28,745 nt of DNA from a virus (Duplodnaviria; Caudoviricetes): the IMG/VR virus record IMGVR_UViG_3300036807_000206, positions 1 through 28,745 of that record. One strand, 5' to 3'. The notes under the pieces were generated by a model, which did no database searches, was not told where the DNA came from, and was given only the letters and a program-made list of their open reading frames with translations. The position numbers and the translations under genes were made by a program. The stretch's first letter is position 1; each line of letters begins with the position of its first letter. Shown here in pieces: positions 27,114 to 28,745 of this stretch.

Positions 27114-28745
27114 ATGAAATATTTTGTATCCGACACAAAAAAACTTCCAAACAAATACGGCAAATGGTATTGGTACGCTGATAACGAAGTAAAAGTTTTT
27201 CAAAATGACAAACATCTTGTCATCTACTTTGGCTATGTTATAAGTGATGAAAGTATCGACGACGTTGTAAAAAGAGACCCCCACGAACTCGAACAAGCAA
27301 ACGGCAATTTTCAAGTTGCAATTTTGACAGAAAACACTGCTCATTGCATAGTTGATTATTTTTATCAAAGCAAGGTTTTCTGGCGTAACAATGGTAGAGT
27401 TGAATTTACCAATGCTGTTTATTTGATGCCTTTAGAAAGAGATGACTTAGATATGAAAGAAATTGTTAGACGGTTAGAAACATTCACCGAGGAACAACTG
27501 GCATACGAGCCTAAGGAAACATTTGAACGTTGGGAAAACTTTATAATGAATCCTCCAACTTATGGAAGGAATACAGACGAACTTGAAAAATTTCGTGTCT
27601 CAGATCAATATGCAGGCATAGATGTCTATCAACACACACCGGGAGCAAAACAGTATGATCCTTCCCAGTGCTTGACACTTTTTAAAGAAGTTTATATGTT
27701 ACAACCCGACTACATGATAAGAGCTGTCGGCGATAAAATTAATATTGTCCAAATACACAACACCTACAAAGACCTAATGGATGCTATGAATTCACCGCAT
27801 GAATACACTGACCAAGACAAACTAGAACAGTTCATACATGAAAAATGGCAATATCATGCAGACGTTATTAACAGAGAATTTAAAGACAAGCATATTGTCA
27901 GCAGTGTGAGTGAAGGCATAGACTCTGTGGCCCAAGACTGTTATTTTCCAAATGTAAAAAAAATTTCATATTCTTTTGATCCACCAAACGTTCCGGTTGA
28001 GTACAAACAATACATGGTTGACTACTGGAAGGAACGAGGTAATGAAGTGCAGTGGGACATATTAGATATCAGCACATCAAACATAGAAGCAATAACCAAA
28101 AAGCATTTAAATGACCCAACTTGTTTTTATTGGGATTGTATTCCATCATACTGGCAAATGGGTAATCTTTCGAAAAAACCAGATTTAGTTTTATACGGGC
28201 AGTGTGGCGACAATATGTTCTTACACAAAGCATATTTTTATTATGAATACATGTTTGCACAACAAATGCACAAGACACAGCTAACCCCTGAACAAATGCT
28301 CGAAGATCTCGATAGAGAACTGTCGACATTTAAAAACTGCTATTCATCAGCTGACAATATTCTACAAGAACAAAAAGCAAAGACGTGGCAAGATGCATTC
28401 CATGATACTTCGAAAGAGGTGTTGTTAAAAGAACTAGAAGAAGGATCCCCTGACGATTGGAAGCACGACTTTACAAAAAAAGCAACGCCACCATTATACA
28501 ATCGCGAAGTATCGCATAATGTTGATACACTCGTAACATCATTATATTGCGATAAAGAAATATATTTTAAAATCATGAATGCATCTGAAAATATTATGCT
28601 AGACAATATAAAAAATGCAGGATGTCAAAAAAATATTCTAAAAAAATATTTTGACTTTGAATTCAAAACTCCCCACAAAGACCAATCTGAATTAAATTGT
28701 GTTGGTATGCGAAAACCTATGCATACTGATGTTGTTCGTTGGGCT
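27114..28745 (+). CDS. Divergent asparagine-synthase-like ATP-dependent ligase (3' end outside window; not in ORF track)
   Basis: AGGAG RBS and ATG at 27114; frame open to the window end (544 codons by manual translation). Motifs ANGNF, VDYFYQSKVFW, TLFKEVYMLQP, PP-loop-like VSEGIDS, LYGQCGDNMF and SLYCDKEI; no N-terminal Cys. Confidence 0.75.
   Translation, partial: MKYFVSDTKKLPNKYGKWYWYADNEVKVFQNDKHLVIYFGYVISDESIDDVVKRDPHELEQANGNFQVAILTENTAHCIVDYFYQSKVFWRNNGRVEFTNAVYLMPLERDDLDMKEIVRRLETFTEEQLAYEPKETFERWENFIMNPPTYGRNTDELEKFRVSDQYAGIDVYQHTPGAKQYDPSQCLTLFKEVYMLQPDYMIRAVGDKINIVQIHNTYKDLMDAMNSPHEYTDQDKLEQFIHEKWQYHADVINREFKDKHIVSSVSEGIDSVAQDCYFPNVKKISYSFDPPNVPVEYKQYMVDYWKERGNEVQWDILDISTSNIEAITKKHLNDPTCFYWDCIPSYWQMGNLSKKPDLVLYGQCGDNMFLHKAYFYYEYMFAQQMHKTQLTPEQMLEDLDRELSTFKNCYSSADNILQEQKAKTWQDAFHDTSKEVLLKELEEGSPDDWKHDFTKKATPPLYNREVSHNVDTLVTSLYCDKEIYFKIMNASENIMLDNIKNAGCQKNILKKYFDFEFKTPHKDQSELNCVGMRKPMHTDVVRWA

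Noticed and set aside
7-28606. Many 60-150 aa antisense or alternate-frame ORFs in the track (e.g. 568-1014, 4055-4483, 12179-12637, 21812-22186, 27090-27368, 28069-28606)
   Set aside because: They lie within motif-bearing genes, have shadow-ORF composition and show no RBS or motifs. Those after 27090 are shadows of the unlisted + strand ORF at 27114.
1-28745. CRISPR array, tRNA or other structured RNA
   Set aside because: Intergenic gaps are at most about 160 nt; no regularly spaced repeats or cloverleaf/T-loop context were seen by eye.
1-28745. Stop-codon reassignment
   Set aside because: Conserved genes are full-length under the standard code, and TAA, TAG and TGA all end genes next to downstream starts.
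1-28745. Bacterial chromosome with a capsule/LPS locus
   Set aside because: The UvsX/UvsY/UvsW/gp41-type gene set, T4-like late boxes and absence of export or polymerase genes (wzx, wzy, kpsMT) point to a phage.

Overview
AT-rich, densely coded segment of a large dsDNA phage genome with T4-superfamily-type replication and recombination genes. The host is probably aquatic (inference). Core genes are UvsX/RecA (5'-truncated), UvsY, UvsW helicase, a possible gp62-like clamp-loader subunit, primase and gp41/DnaB helicase. About 12.5 kb (2311-14794) between the uvsX-uvsY-nucleotidase block and the uvsW operon holds putative glycan-building and tailoring genes: GT8-like, GT61, GT-A, Maf/GT42-like, four paralogous KpsS/KpsC-like proteins, an AsnB amidotransferase, two FkbM methyltransferases, an SGNH protein, a radical SAM enzyme and a 2OG-Fe(II) oxygenase. 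Other highlights are a 196-aa 'palm-only' DnaE-like protein retaining all catalytic aspartates, and a signal-peptide-less DctP-like binding protein followed by a methyltransferase, a cupin oxygenase and a second, divergent AsnB-like ligase that is missing from the ORF track. Two sigma70-type promoters, recurring TAAATA/TAAGTA late-promoter-like boxes and one intrinsic terminator are visible. No tRNA, rRNA, CRISPR array or mobile element was recognised. All family calls come from motif recognition by eye, with no database searches.
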